Shown here: one piece after another, positions 11,967-22,183 of the stretch
Numbering within the stretch: the first letter of the stretch is position 1
Layout of the letters: every line of letters begins with the position of its first letter
Assembly (NCBI GenBank): GCA_951406725.2
Contig: OX597816.1
Coordinates: forward strand, 68,138,001-68,202,000
Origin: Octopus vulgaris
Taxonomy: Eukaryota
Direction of reading: 5' to 3'
DNA: 64,000 bases
Made by a program: the position numbers and the translations under genes
The notes under the pieces: model-generated
What the model was told of the DNA's origin: nothing
The model's input: only the letters and a program-made list of their open reading frames with translations
Databases searched by the model: none

Positions 11967-13350
11967 GCACCAGCATCATTGCAGAAATAACAACAACAGC
12001 AACTACATCTATTCCTATTAACACACTACTAATACTACTACCACCGACATCGCACCAATCCCTACACCACCACCTCCATCTCCACCACCACCACCACTAC
12101 CACCACCACAACAACAACAACAGCAGCAGTAGCAGCAGCAATAACAACAACAACAATTACACTAATTACCAAACTGTAATTATGCTAATGAAGATTGTTC
12201 ATGTTATTATAACTAACTATAAAACAATTTCGAATGAATGCACCGAGCCACCGCCGCTTCTAAGTAAATATTATCGTTTTACTGAGCCACTACCACCACC
12301 ACCACCACCACCACCACCACCACCACCACTACTGTCACACTACCATCACCATCACCAGCAATAACACTGTCACCACCACCTCCACCACTGTCACCAATAT
12401 TACCACCTCCACAATCCATTTATTTTTCCACCACCACCGCCATCTTTTTTTGATACCAGCACCACCAACTCCATCATCACCACGAGCCAGCGAGGAAATT
12501 CTTTTTCTATGCTGTTGTTCATTCAACCTGCTAGAAATAGCGACCAAATTCCTTCAAATCACACTACAGTAAGTCATCGTAATCGGAAGGACACATTAAA
12601 CAATGCGATGCTGAAGCGGCTGTGAGAAGCTTTTTGTAAGGTGTGTCTGCTTGGTTGGGGTTGATACAAGTCTAGACATCTCCATCGCCACCATCACCAC
12701 CACCAACAATAACAACAACGGTACCACTGCTACCATAAATGTCCACTACATTGTATAGTGCCTCCAATGCAACCAGTGTCACCATCACCACCAGTACCTG
12801 CACCACCACTACATCATAATCTCTACGACCATCCAATCCTAACACCCTACCATTAAAGTAATCAATAATAGCAAAACCAACACCGCCACTATAGCCACCA
12901 CTACTACCACCACTATCACCACCACCAATATCGATGCATCTACCACCACTACCACCTCCAGTAATAAGCATTACCAAAAGTACCACCACCAGTACTAATG
13001 TCACCAATAAGAACACGTTCACCACTACTAACACCATCACTAACAATCAATAACATTACAAATCCCTTCCCCTCAAATTTCGAGCCTTGTGCTTAGAATA
13101 GAAAAGATTACTAATACCACCACCACCACCGTCAACATGTAACACTTCCAACACCAGCGTAACCAATAACAATAATACCAACAAAGCTACTGTAGCCACT
13201 ACCACCAGTACTACTACTACTACTACTACTATTACTACTACTACTACTACTACTACTACTCACCACTACCTCCACCATCATCACCATTTCCACAAACAAC
13301 TCCATTAACAGTATCTTCAACGGAACAAATGCCAAAAGTACCACCGCCCA
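11475..13350. repeat. Trinucleotide mosaic (CAC, TAC, AAC, AAT, CAG) with a 15-bp CACCACCACTGCCGC array
   Basis: Direct inspection. Confidence 0.85.
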
Positions 13351-13524
13351 CAATGTACCCCGTTGTTACAATCTGAGGACTAGAGGTATATATCTCCAGA
13401 GCAGCAGAGTGCGTCCATCATACTACCTTACCATCCTTTCTTCGTAACCTAGTTTAAAGATTTATAAACTATGTATTGTTAACAAACTCTTCTTTAATAT
13501 TTAGAGATTTTCTAGGGTGGCGAT

Positions 13525-13925
13525 TTTCTAGGTGGTGGAATCGACAGCATGCCGGGTAAAATGCTTTGCGGCATTTCGTCTGTCCTTACTTACTGAGTTT
13601 ACAATCTGAAGAGGTCGAATTTGCTGTTCATTCTTTCGGAAATGATAAAGCACGGAATTTTGTCAGTGAACAGGTCGCGGTCACAAAGCGACGAAAATAT
13701 TTTGGCAAATTAAATTTAAATGTTGAAGTGAATCTAAGGGTTTTTGTATGTTTCTTAAATGGCTTATAAACACCTTCCACGCTGCAATTGTCTTCGTTCC
13801 AGTACACGACCTCAGATCAGGTTACTTGCTATGCAAGTACATCCCCAAAATAATTATTAGTCTATGTAAACGACTTGTCCCACCCCGCCAAAACTGCTGG
13901 CCTTGTGCCAATATTTAAACCAACA
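13525..13925 (+). mobile_element. Diverged SINE family B, interrupted by a ~200-bp insert
   Basis: GGTGGAATCGACAGCATGCCGGGTAAAATGCTTTGCGGCATTTCGTC... with the tail resuming at about 13860 (GGCCTTGTGCCAA). Confidence 0.55.
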
Positions 13926-14129
13926 TTTTAAGATCTTGATAGTCTCAGAACTGTATGTCTATATCTGAGGCCTTCTTTTCTTTAGGTCTTCATATACTGA
14001 CGTCATTGTAGGGGTACCGTTGTGATATAGCATTTTCAATCTGGCAGAGCCCCTCTCGTTCTAGGTCACATTATGCCCGATTTCTTCCTGACTTCCAGAG
14101 TGAAAGCAAGAGGAAGAAAGAAACAAAGC

Positions 14130-14181
<52 letters not shown>

Positions 14182-14221
14182 GAGGGAGAATTCGGGAGAA
14201 GACGATGAAAAGAATAATAAC

Positions 14222-14435
14222 CCTTTCTACTATAGGGACAGGGCCAGAAATTTTGGAGGAAGGGGCTAGTCGATTAGACGGATCCCGGTACTCGACTAAT
14301 AAATATTTTACTGATCCCGAAAGGATGAAAGGCAAAGTCAACCTCGGCGGAATCTGAACTCCGAACGTAAAGACAGATGAAATGCCGCTAAGCATTTTGC
14401 CTGGCGTGCTAACAATTCTGCCAGTTCGCTGCCTT
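14222..14435 (-). mobile_element. tRNA-derived SINE, family B
   Basis: Minus strand AAGGCAGCGAACTGGCAGAATTGTTAGCACGCC...GAGTTCAGATTCCGCCGAGGTTGACTTTGCC. Confidence 0.88.
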
Positions 14436-14550
14436 AATAATAATGCCAATTTATTGTGACAACTGCCCAAAAGAGCGTAACACACGTGGTAAATTACCAA
14501 CGGTGACAACAATGATGATAATAGTAATAGTAGTAGTAATAATAATAATA

Positions 14551-15060
14551 AGATGGTATAGGCACACGCCAGTAAAGGTCACAGAAAACGAGAAAGCAAC
14601 CATACTCTGGGATATGCCAATACGCACAGATAGAAATTAAGGCCAACAGACCAGAAATAGTTGTCAGAGATCATGAAGAAAAAAATTGCTTTCTAATTGA
14701 TGTATCAATACAGATGACAACGTTTCTCTGAAAGAAATGGAGAAACTTCCAAAATACAAAGACTTGGAAATAGAGGTAACTCGAATGTGGAATCTAACAA
14801 CAGAAACAATTCCTATCATAGTAGGCGCATTAGGTATGATAAAAAAAATATTCAGACAAATACATAATAAAAACACCAGGACTTACAAATATAACAAACA
14901 GAAAATTGCACTACTGGGCACTGCACACATCCTACGCAAAACACTTTCAAAACAGTAACCATAAGAGTATCACAGAAAACCACAGCACATACCCAGGCCA
15001 CACAGAACCTCGCTCGGTAGTGAAGAGAAATCACACTACAAAAATAAAATTACTGAATAG
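14551..15060 (+). mobile_element. 5'-truncated R4/Dong-like non-LTR retrotransposon (restriction-like endonuclease C-terminus), frameshifted
   Basis: ENEKATILWDMPIRTDR..ANRPEIVV..LIDVS..EKLPKYKDL..IPIIVGALG..ALLGTAHILRK. Flanked by (TAA)n-like tracts, the known Dong target. Confidence 0.85.
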
Positions 15061-15149
15061 CAATAATAATAGATCATATTGGACTGAGGTAAATCCTCCA
15101 GAAGTTATAAAGAAATAAAGAGAAGAGTGTCATGTAAAATTGGTTGAAC

Positions 15150-15310
15150 GATATTTCGGCATCTAGTGTGCCTTATACAGGATCAAAAATTACAAAAAGT
15201 CTACTTCATTGTTTTTCTTCTTAAGATTATATATGACTGAGGTCCTACCCCATATGAGAATAAATTTGTTTGAAATTTTAAGGTGTTTCCATTATTTTGT
15301 CCAACCCCTG
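15150..15310. mobile_element. Tc1-like transposon end (one TIR)
   Basis: Reverse complement reads TA|CAGGGGTTGGACAAAATAATGGAAACACCT, a typical Tc1 terminus. Confidence 0.6.
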
Positions 15311-15364
15311 TATATATATACATATATATATATATGTCTGTGTGTGTTTGTGTGTGTGTTTATA

Positions 15365-15435
<71 letters not shown>

Positions 15436-15642
15436 TGCTAATACTAACAGGTCAGTAAAAACATACTTAAAATATTCTGAGATGGACAAAAAATCCATTT
15501 TAATTTTTGCTGTCAAAACGCTGTATATATATACCAAAGATTGTATATATATACATGTAATGTGACAATTTTGTCCAACCCCTGTATATATATACATATA
15601 TATATATATGTCTGTGTGTGTTTGTGTGTGTGTTTATATATT

Positions 15643-15697
<55 letters not shown>

Positions 15698-15829
15698 TGC
15701 TAATACTAACAGGTCAGTAAAAACATACTTAAAATATTCTGAGATGGACAAAAAATCCATTTTAATTTTTGCTGTCAAAACGCTGTATATATATACCAAA
15801 GATTGTATATATATACATGTAATGTGACA
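15294..15829. repeat. Tandem duplication (~270 bp x2) spanning flank, (TA)n and the start of the pLTR
   Basis: 15294-15567 and 15568-15829 are near-identical apart from TA length and one substitution. Confidence 0.9.
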
Positions 15830-16277
15830 ATTTGCGACAACCAATAATTAACGCAACCAATTCCCAATAATATATTTGTTTTATCCTTTTCTGCCAAATT
15901 TTCCCAAATAATGTGACAATTATGTATAAAAAAACATTTTTGAATTCATAATATCCAATGTGACAATTATGTAAAAAACTTTTTTGAATGCATAATATTC
16001 AATGTGACAATTATGTAAAAAACTTTTTTGAACCCATAATATCCAATGTGACAATTATGTAAAAAACTTTTTTGAATGCATAATATTCAATGTGACAATT
16101 ATGTAAAAAACTTTTTTTGAACCCATATTATTCAATGTTTCCTTAAATGTAACTTTTGACAATCTTTTACCAAAGAGTGAAACCGGTTAAGTAAATAAAC
16201 ATCGTTTAAATTGCATTTTCAAACCTTTTTTCTTATATAATCCCACTCGTGCGATACCCCACAACTCAACTTTTTTA
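15697..16277 (+). repeat. 5' pseudo-LTR (5'-truncated), including a ~44-bp tandem array at about 15910-16135
   Basis: Matches 21517-22099 except for poly-T lengths. Array unit AATGTGACAATTATGTAAAAAACTTTTTTGAATGCATAATATTC. Confidence 0.95.
16152..16192 (+). ncRNA. Candidate minimal type I hammerhead ribozyme (U3:A8 variant)
   Basis: ACTT | TTGACAA | TCTTT-TACC-AAAGA-GT | GAAAC-CG-GT-T | AAGT. Stem I is ACTT/AAGT and stem III is the palindrome AACCGGTT. Confidence 0.6.
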
Positions 16278-16308
16278 TATATATATAAACATCACACGAG
16301 TCCCGAAA

Positions 16309-17652
16309 ATGCCACCCAAATCACAACAAGCAGAATCTTTAATGAACCAAAATATCCTAAAAGAATTACAAGAAATCTCCTCGAAACTTTCAACCATAAT
16401 AAACAAAGTCGAACAATCGCACTTATACCTAAATGGACTCATGGAGGCCAAAACAACCAATCAAATCCCTGACATCATCCCAACACTGCAAAACCTAATG
16501 AAATCCATAGAGACGGCAGTGCTCCCAAAGCAGGAGCAAACTAAAGACTGCTTCTCAATTAAAAGCTCTCTTAACAACACCTGGAGTAAAAATCTCAAAG
16601 CGCGTAAGTTTGCCTTCTGGAATTTCATAAAAAATAACAACAAAGCTGACATTTATGAAAAGTGGCTCAACTCCACCCCTATCATCCTACCCAGAAAACT
16701 ACAAATAAAACCCATCCAAAATGAACCAGAAAACCAAAAAAACCTCAGGGAGAAACTAGCTTTTGAAAAATTCAAAACGGAAGTAGAACTCTTGCGGCTC
16801 AGAGCCAACACCAGTGAAGAAAAATCCAAGACCCTTGACAATGAAATGCAGATTGAAATCTCAAAACACTGTGAAGGAGCACTCCTTGATGAAACCACCA
16901 AACTCTGGAGAAAAAACTGCGAGGATGAAGAAATAACATCCCTCCAGCGAATGGAAAAAAACAGCTGGTTCACCAATTATGAAACAGAGTTCACAAAGGA
17001 ACACCTTTCAAGCAACCCATATTTTAAAATATCTACTTCAACTCACACCCCTCGCCAAAAACAAAGAAAACCAACCACAAAACACCGAACACACACCACC
17101 CCTAACATCGACAACAACAACAACAGAACTTACAGACAGCACTACAATCCCATCAAAAGAACCGAGACACCCATCATCACACGACAAAACTTTACCAGAC
17201 AACGTAGACCCCAACCCACACAAGAACCGTTCCAGATTCGGAGATCCTACCCATCACTTAGAAACCCATCTCTGAACTATGATTGTAGATTCCAACCCAA
17301 ACCGCTCCTAACTCAGAGTTCTCCCCCAACATATAGGAATTCACTCCTAAACCATGAATATAGTTTCCAACCCACTCTAAGGAACCAACATTACACCCAG
17401 GACAAACAACCCAAACCCTGGAATAACCAAAACTCTTCCAGGAGGCCACACCAACAACCCAGACCCTGGAACAACCAAAACCTCCTCAACAGACAACATA
17501 GCAACGGGGGACAGAATCACAACAACCAAAACCTCTTCAACAGACATGTCAACGGGGGACAGAATCACATACAGCAAAATACCGCAAATAGAAGAACCCC
17601 CAGGATTCCTTTTTTAGGCAAGGGCATCAGTTTCCACGACACCAGATGGTAG
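16309..17652 (+). CDS. PLE ORF1, 447 aa: predicted coiled-coil/helical N-half and basic Q/N/R/P-rich disordered tail
   Basis: Uninterrupted ORF from the first ATG (MPPKSQQ) after the 5' pLTR, with the same A/C-rich bias as ORF2. No catalytic motif recognised. Confidence 0.88.
   Translation: MPPKSQQAESLMNQNILKELQEISSKLSTIINKVEQSHLYLNGLMEAKTTNQIPDIIPTLQNLMKSIETAVLPKQEQTKDCFSIKSSLNNTWSKNLKARKFAFWNFIKNNNKADIYEKWLNSTPIILPRKLQIKPIQNEPENQKNLREKLAFEKFKTEVELLRLRANTSEEKSKTLDNEMQIEISKHCEGALLDETTKLWRKNCEDEEITSLQRMEKNSWFTNYETEFTKEHLSSNPYFKISTSTHTPRQKQRKPTTKHRTHTTPNIDNNNNRTYRQHYNPIKRTETPIITRQNFTRQRRPQPTQEPFQIRRSYPSLRNPSLNYDCRFQPKPLLTQSSPPTYRNSLLNHEYSFQPTLRNQHYTQDKQPKPWNNQNSSRRPHQQPRPWNNQNLLNRQHSNGGQNHNNQNLFNRHVNGGQNHIQQNTANRRTPRIPFLGKGISFHDTRW
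17610..17616 (+). promoter_or_regulatory. Candidate -1 programmed ribosomal frameshift site U_UUU_UUA
   Basis: CCT TTT TTA GGC AAG is in the ORF1 frame. The -1 frame is open from 17592 into ORF2. Confidence 0.75.
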
Positions 17653-19922
17653 ATACCAACCCCGAAAAACCAAAAATAGTGAATCTTTCTAACCTAAACC
17701 TGTCGACACCACAAATAAAAATCCTTTCAAGAGGACTGAAATTCACCCCAACTCCGCAATACCCTAACCTGAGGGAAATACAGGATGACATCTCGCACTT
17801 TTGCAGAAAATTACGCCTCACAGAGGAATTTTTTGACAGAAAAACTAATAATAACGACGAATCAATGGTCTGTAACAAAAGCAACTATAATCCCATAAAA
17901 GGCAAAAACAAAACCTTAGACAAATTCTGCGATTACATCTCCAACTTCCCTTATGGTGAACTCCCACAACCTAAACTCAAACCCAACACCAGTAAAAGAG
18001 AATGGGAAATCATCCATACACTACGAGACAATCATGACGTCACAATAAAGGAAGCTGATAAGGGTAGTACGGTCGTTGTTATGAATACTGAGCAATATAA
18101 AAACTCTGTATCTCTCCTTTTAGAGGATACCACATACTACGAAAGAGTAGTCGACTACCAGCAATCCAAAACAATGACCAATCTGAAGGCACTCATTTAC
18201 CAACACCGGAATGACTTGACAGCAAAGGAATGCGACTACATTACTAAATTTAATTGCAAAACCAGCACACTCTATGGCCTTCCAAAAATACACAAGAGTC
18301 AAATTATCACAGAAGCTTGCAAAAAGTCCACTTCAACCTGCATCACTATACCACATCCCACTGATCTCAAACTGAGACCAATAGTGGCAGGCCCAAGTTG
18401 TGAAACACACAGACTTAGCAACTTTATAGATATCATCTTAAAGCCAATACTGAAACACATTCCAAGTATTGTAAGAGATGACCTGGACCTATTAAACCAT
18501 CTCCCCAAACATGCCGATAAAGACACCTTAATCGTTTCTTTTGATGTTATTAATCTTTACACCACAATCCCACATGAATTTGGACTGGAAGCCATTAAAT
18601 TCTGGCTGGATAAATATCCCAATGAGATCCCGGAAAGAATTAAAAAAGAATTCATAATTGAGGGCCTCAAATTTATTCTGCAAAACAACTTCATGTATTT
18701 CCACAACAACACTTACAGACAGGTCTCAGGGACTGCAATGGGTACGAAAGTTGCACCTACCTATGCAAACCTGGTGATGGCCTACCTGGAATCACATATC
18801 TATGAAAAATCCAAATATAAGTACGGCCAGTCTTTCCACAAATACCTGTTGGAGAACTGGAAACGCTACTTAGATGATTGCCTCATCCTATGGTCCCACA
18901 CACTCGACCAACTTATAGACTTCAAAAACCTTATCAACAGTGTAAATAACAACATTCAATTCACAATGGAATATAGTCAGGACCAACTCCCTTTTCTTGA
19001 CATCCTAATCATTAAAAAAGGCGTCAACATTGAAACTGACATCCATTACAAACCCACTGACTCTAAACAATACCTTCTATTCACCTCCAATCACCCAAAA
19101 CACACAAAGACAAATATCCCCTTCAACCTAGCGAGAAGAATCTGCACTATTGTCTCAAATGACACAACACGAAATAGAAGACTCCGGGAACTAAGGGCAA
19201 TTCTTCTCGAAAGACATTACCCGGCATCACTAGTAGACAACGGAATAGAACGGGCCAAATCAATCAACATTCAAGACCTTCGAAAACCCAAACACATCCA
19301 CAGTACAGTCAATAGCCTCCCTTATCTCTCAACACACAACCCAAGGAATGCAGAAGCTTACACTATTATATACAACAACATTCCACAACTAAATCAAGAC
19401 CCACGCCTGAAAAAAATACTGGCAGCTCATAAAATAATAAAAAGTAAGAGACAACCTAAATCCCTAAAAAACCTCCTCACCAACGCAAAATTACACAACA
19501 CAAACCCACCGCCCACCATCAAAAAATGTGGTCGCCCCAACTGTAAGACCTGCATCCACCTCATTGAGGGATCGTCGTACAAGTTCCACTCGGGACACAC
19601 ATTCATCATAAAAAATAACTTCACGTGCGCATCAAAAAATTTACTCTACGTCATAAGGTGTGAAGGATGCCACGAAGACTACATAGGGCAAACGAGCCTT
19701 ACCCTCAGAGACAGAATGACAGTTCACCGACAACAACTGAGGGACCCCTCCACAAGACAGATACCACTAAGTGGACACTTAGACCTTTGTGCACACAATA
19801 AGTCCCCCAAATTCTTAGTCTTCCCACTATACCAATGCTCGGACAACACCACAGACCAAACACGAATAAATAAGGAAAGTAATCTTATTCAAAAATACAG
19901 ACCACAACTAAACATACTCTAA
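17646..19922 (+). CDS. PLE ORF2: reverse transcriptase plus GIY-YIG endonuclease (758 aa from ATG; frame open from 17592)
   Basis: RT motifs IKEADKG, YGLPKIHK, LRPIV, SFDVINLYTTIP, GTAMGTKVAPTYANL, RYLDD, LPFLD, YKPT; linker CGRPNCKTC; endonuclease LLYVIRC..C..DYIGQT..R...H. Confidence 0.97.
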   Translation: MVDTNPEKPKIVNLSNLNLSTPQIKILSRGLKFTPTPQYPNLREIQDDISHFCRKLRLTEEFFDRKTNNNDESMVCNKSNYNPIKGKNKTLDKFCDYISNFPYGELPQPKLKPNTSKREWEIIHTLRDNHDVTIKEADKGSTVVVMNTEQYKNSVSLLLEDTTYYERVVDYQQSKTMTNLKALIYQHRNDLTAKECDYITKFNCKTSTLYGLPKIHKSQIITEACKKSTSTCITIPHPTDLKLRPIVAGPSCETHRLSNFIDIILKPILKHIPSIVRDDLDLLNHLPKHADKDTLIVSFDVINLYTTIPHEFGLEAIKFWLDKYPNEIPERIKKEFIIEGLKFILQNNFMYFHNNTYRQVSGTAMGTKVAPTYANLVMAYLESHIYEKSKYKYGQSFHKYLLENWKRYLDDCLILWSHTLDQLIDFKNLINSVNNNIQFTMEYSQDQLPFLDILIIKKGVNIETDIHYKPTDSKQYLLFTSNHPKHTKTNIPFNLARRICTIVSNDTTRNRRLRELRAILLERHYPASLVDNGIERAKSINIQDLRKPKHIHSTVNSLPYLSTHNPRNAEAYTIIYNNIPQLNQDPRLKKILAAHKIIKSKRQPKSLKNLLTNAKLHNTNPPPTIKKCGRPNCKTCIHLIEGSSYKFHSGHTFIIKNNFTCASKNLLYVIRCEGCHEDYIGQTSLTLRDRMTVHRQQLRDPSTRQIPLSGHLDLCAHNKSPKFLVFPLYQCSDNTTDQTRINKESNLIQKYRPQLNIL

Positions 19923-20074
19923 CATACCCCCTGGAAGCACATCCAGAGCAAGCACACAGGGACGCGCGCACGCTCACAGCATATCGTGCGGGCGGGCACA
20001 TGCGCGCATCGGCACGCATAGGACACACTAGCGGGCATTGACCGCACACATACGTGGCATGCACACGCATGCAT

Positions 20075-20284
20075 TATATATATGTAGGTGATATATGTGT
20101 GTGTGTGTGTGTGCACTGTGTGCGTGTGTGTGTATATGTGTGTGTGCGCGCGTTGTATGTGTTTGTGTGTGTGCACGTGTGTATATATGTGTGTGTGTGT
20201 GTGCACTGTGTGCGGGTGTGTGTGTATGTGTGTGTGTGTGTGTGTGAGCATTGTATACGTGTGTATGTATTTACATATGTATCT

Positions 20285-20336
<52 letters not shown>

Positions 20337-21372
20337 TGTGTGTGTATATGCATGGTATGTGTGTATATGTTAGTACTTTGTTTGTGTGTATGTGCGGCAT
20401 GTAGAGATATATTTGAGTGTGTACGCTATAGGTTTGTAATTTGTGTGTGTGGGGGGTGGTGAATTTTTTATATATATATGTGTGTGTGTATGTGTGTGAA
20501 AAAATATATGTATGTGCATGTATGTATGTATGTATGTGTGTATATATATATATATATATGTGTATATATATGTGTGTGTGTGTATGTGTGTGTGTGTATA
20601 TTTATTTGCATGTTTATGTGTGTATAAACATGTACATTATTTGCATGCGCATTGTATATATGTATATTGTATGTATGTGTATTGTATATGTACGTGTACA
20701 ATTAAGTGTATATATTTGTGTGTATGTGTGCACTGTATATATGTATATTGTAGGTGTGCTATATGTGCATGAATACATGTATATGCATTGCGTGTATATA
20801 TATGTATGCATTGTGTGTGTATGTATGTTATGTGTGTGTGTGTGTATATATATATTATATGTATGCGTACGTGTATGTGTATGCATTGTATGTATGTGTG
20901 TTGTGTGTATATGTGGTACATCTATGTATGTGTATGTAAACACTATTTATATGTATATGTGTATATATGTATATGCATTGTCTATATATATATATATTGT
21001 ATGTATGTATTGCGTATGTATATTGCATGCATATATTGTGTATGTATATTACTTACATGCTGTATGTGTGTATTGTATGTGTGTATATATATATGCTAGG
21101 TGTATTTGTGTGATATTTATATTATGTATGTATGTGTGCGTGTGTTGTGTGTGTGTGTGTGTATGTGTGTTATATATCTGTGTATATTATATATAGATAC
21201 ATGTTATATTTGTGTGCTGTGTATATATGTGATATATGTGGGTGCGTTGTGTGTGGGTGTGTGTGTTCTGTGTGTGTGTGTGTTATCTGTATGTGGTTTG
21301 TGTTTGTATACTATGTGTGTGTGTGTGTGTGTTGTTGTGTGTGTGTGTGTTTGTGTGTATATATATGTGTGT
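20075..21372. repeat. ~1.3-kb degenerate (GT)/(AT)/(GTAT) tract in the PLE 3' UTR
   Basis: Lies between the ORF2 stop and the 3' pLTR. Confidence 0.9.
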
Positions 21373-22092
21373 GACAAACAGACGCTGTCTGACCAGCAGG
21401 CACGGACACATCTATTCACACCCGCATACTAACCTCCTGATAACCCCAAAATCATTCATGCATAAAGGGGAAGTATACACCACATTGGCTACTTCTGTTC
21501 TCTCAGTTCAGCCTTTCTGCTAATACTAACAGGTCAGTAAAAACATACTTAAAATATTCTGAGATGGACAAAAAATCCATTTTAATTTTTGCTGTCAAAA
21601 CGCTGTATATATATACCAAAGATTGTATATATATACATGTAATGTGACAATTTGCGACAACCAATAATTAACGCAACCAATTCCCAATAATATATTTGTT
21701 TTATCCTTTTCTGCCAAATTTTCCCAAATAATGTGACAATTATGTATAAAAAAACATTTTTGAATTCATAATATCCAATGTGACAATTATGTAAAAAACT
21801 TTTTTGAATGCATAATATTCAATGTGACAATTATGTAAAAAACTTTTTTTGAACCCATAATATCCAATGTGACAATTATGTAAAAAACTTTTTTGAATGC
21901 ATAATATTCAATGTGACAATTATGTAAAAAACTTTTTTTGAACCCATATTATTCAATGTTTCCTTAAATGTAACTTTTGACAATCTTTTACCAAAGAGTG
22001 AAACCGGTTAAGTAAATAAACATCGTTTAAATTGCATTTTCAAACCTTTTTTCTTATATAATCCCACTCGTGCGATACCCCACAACTCAACT

Positions 22093-22099
<7 letters not shown>
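21372..22099 (+). repeat. 3' pseudo-LTR
   Basis: Matches the 5' pLTR and the solo copy at 913-1590. Ends in a T-run followed by long (TA)n. Confidence 0.93.
21973..22013 (+). ncRNA. Candidate minimal hammerhead ribozyme, 3' pLTR copy
   Basis: Identical to 16152-16192. Confidence 0.6.

Positions 22100-22183
<84 letters not shown>

Larger units (their letters stand above)
15697..22099 (+). mobile_element. Full-length Penelope-like retroelement (Neptune-type), two ORFs, direct pLTRs, in (TA)n
   Basis: Intact RT-GIY-YIG ORF, a CGRPNCKTC linker, and direct repeats 15697-16277 / 21517-22099. Confidence 0.95.

Noticed and set aside
15910-16135. CRISPR-like regular repeats in the pLTR (also 40624-41086 and 49608-50285)
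   Set aside because: Head-to-tail units with no unique spacers, no cas genes, eukaryotic context.
16249-16308. GTG start given for ORF1 in the ORF track
   Set aside because: It lies in the pLTR tail and TA tract; the first ATG at 16309 is the plausible start.
17646-19922. Naiad/Chlamys-type or selenoprotein PLE, telomerase, or LTR retrotransposon
   Set aside because: The endonuclease is C-terminal, there is no in-frame TGA, no protease, RNase H or integrase is present, and the repeats lack TG..CA ends and a PBS.
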